NCBI GenBank assembly: GCA_030264375.1 | Contig: JASCQW010000032.1 | Coordinates: 45,643,723-45,707,722, forward strand | Length of the DNA: 64,000 nt | Reading direction: 5' to 3' | Source: Carcharhinus longimanus | Lineage: Eukaryota | Program-made: the position numbers and the translations under genes | The notes under the pieces: model-generated | Database searches by the model: none | Told to the model about the DNA's origin: nothing | Seen by the model: the letters and a program-made list of their open reading frames with translations, nothing else | Shown here: positions 62,404 to 64,000 of the stretch, piece after piece | How positions within the stretch are numbered: the first letter of the stretch is position 1 | How the letters are laid out: each line of letters opens with the position of its first letter

Positions 62404-64000
62404 GTATCAATTTAATGAAGTTGTCTTAGAATAATCTACAATCATATTTTTTCTGAAACAGAATTAACTATTAAAGGAAAATGTTTTAAAACTATTAACT
62501 TTTGTTTTTACTATGTAAAATTGAAGCTTCCAATGCTGTTTACCTGCCTTCTTATTTTATGTGATACACTAAACTATAACTAATAATAGTCTTCAGAGCT
62601 GCACACAGTTCTGCTCTTGGAGACTGACCTACCACCCACACCGTGCACTTTGGTTGAGGTGTAGTGACCTATCCCACCCTGCCTGGCCTCAGGGCAATAA
62701 GCATTATAACATAGACCAACTCTTAAACATGCAGGCAGTGTAAGCCTCAAAGCTAGAATCACAGTATCGCATTGCAGAAAATATCCCCAAAATTAGAGAG
62801 GCCAAAGTTTTGATCTCTCCCTTGTTTGGAATGGCGAACAATAGCAGCTTTTATTAAGATGTGACATCAAAGCTCTACTGAGTGGTTGCTAGAAGTATTA
62901 GTTTGTGGAAGATTACGTTGTTTATTCGCAGATGTTGTTATGCTATGAGACTACTTTTACTATTCAAGTACACAATATCATGAAACATTGCATATGTGTG
63001 AAAAGTTCATATAAGACTGCAGTCATGGTCCTAGACCAGTATCTATGAAGTGTGATGCACAACTCGCAGACTACAACTGCTACCTGTACATTGCTGCAGG
63101 TCACAATAAGGTCAGGCACAAAGGAGTTCTATGCATTTGTGCTTGGACACATGTGCAGATTCCAATTTACAGGGCATAATTTCTTATGTTAGGAAAGAGT
63201 GGATGGGAGTGTCTGTTCTCTCACAATATTGATTTGTTCTAATTCTCAGGGACTGCCTGGGAAATATCTGGAATTTTACCAGCCAGTTCAAACTCAAAAA
63301 GACTGGCCTGTTGATCACTTAATTTGTCTTTGGTGCACTGCAATTTCAGATTAGAATCTGACAAGTTATACTGTTTTGTTTCTGTTGATCCACCCCTGAA
63401 ATTGCTTACCATCAATGTGAAAATGGAAGAAGAACTAGAGCTGAAGGCAGATGTGAAGCTTGTGTTATTCAAAAGATTTAGATAGTACAGGAACTATTTC
63501 ATAATTGAACATAGATTATAGGTAAAATCAAATCACAAACAGCTGTAACACATGGCACATGCTGATCCCAAACAGGTGTTCTGGCTGTAAAAGCTTTAGA
63601 AATGCGAGTAGTATTACATTTTTAAAAAAACCTCTAAATATAAATGAAAAAATATTTGACAACTTTGAAATCAACAAATATTGTAATAAAAGTTCCCTTA
63701 CCCTTGGTTTTAAATATCTTTTCACTGCCTAACTTCATTTTGTTTATTGTAGTTGTATATCCAGTACACCCTCAAACAATTAATTTCCAAATGTTCCCAC
63801 TTTCCCTTTGGACTGCAAGGTCACCCAAGGTCACATTAAATGTCTTAAAGTGATTGATAGCCAATCACTTCTGATTTTGAACCAGTCACATTACAGTCAC
63901 AGCAGAAGAATGATTTTGGCATGAAATCAGAGTACTTTTTTGATTTATAAAACAAGAACTAAGTAATTTTCAAATGTAAAACAATGTTTTATGCAGAAAA

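Noticed and set aside
63239-63472. Possible exon(s) near the window end (+ acceptor near 63248, - donor near 63409)
   Set aside because: No consistent acceptor-donor pair gives a recognisable peptide, so support is insufficient.
1-64000. CRISPR array, operon or other prokaryote-type system
   Set aside because: There are no regularly spaced repeat-spacer arrays and no dense intact ORFs. The content is vertebrate intron and TE sequence.

Overview
Vertebrate genomic DNA from a gapped draft assembly with nine N-runs. It is very probably a shark, because it carries many HE1-type V-SINEs, Deu-domain SINEs and shark-style CR1 LINEs. Most of the window is intronic or intergenic and filled with decayed mobile elements: CR1, L2, Rex1/Babar and RTE LINEs, two Gypsy remnants, Penelope-type tails, several tRNA-derived SINE families and many MITE-like elements. 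It also holds four PIF/Harbinger fossils, three of which still show the convergent transposase plus Myb/SANT two-gene layout. The only convincing host-gene signal is on the + strand: a 43-nt exon (19297-19339) that splices in frame to a stop-containing exon (36396-36543). Together they encode a C-terminus ...PSANSINKDCNLMIQIKVLDIEDEYYKSLSSIEPVPEEDDSLSPPPPIPRGPGFTHS*, and I could not name the gene. Nearly all entries in the ORF track are TE fragments or artefacts of reading through N-gaps. I found no solid evidence for a new biological system. The best leads are the unnamed gene end with its 3'UTR intron, the Harbinger cluster, a hammerhead-like core in a Penelope tail, SINE/LINE tail sharing and an unclassified 290-bp insertion. 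All family calls come from motif recognition by eye, and repeat boundaries are approximate.
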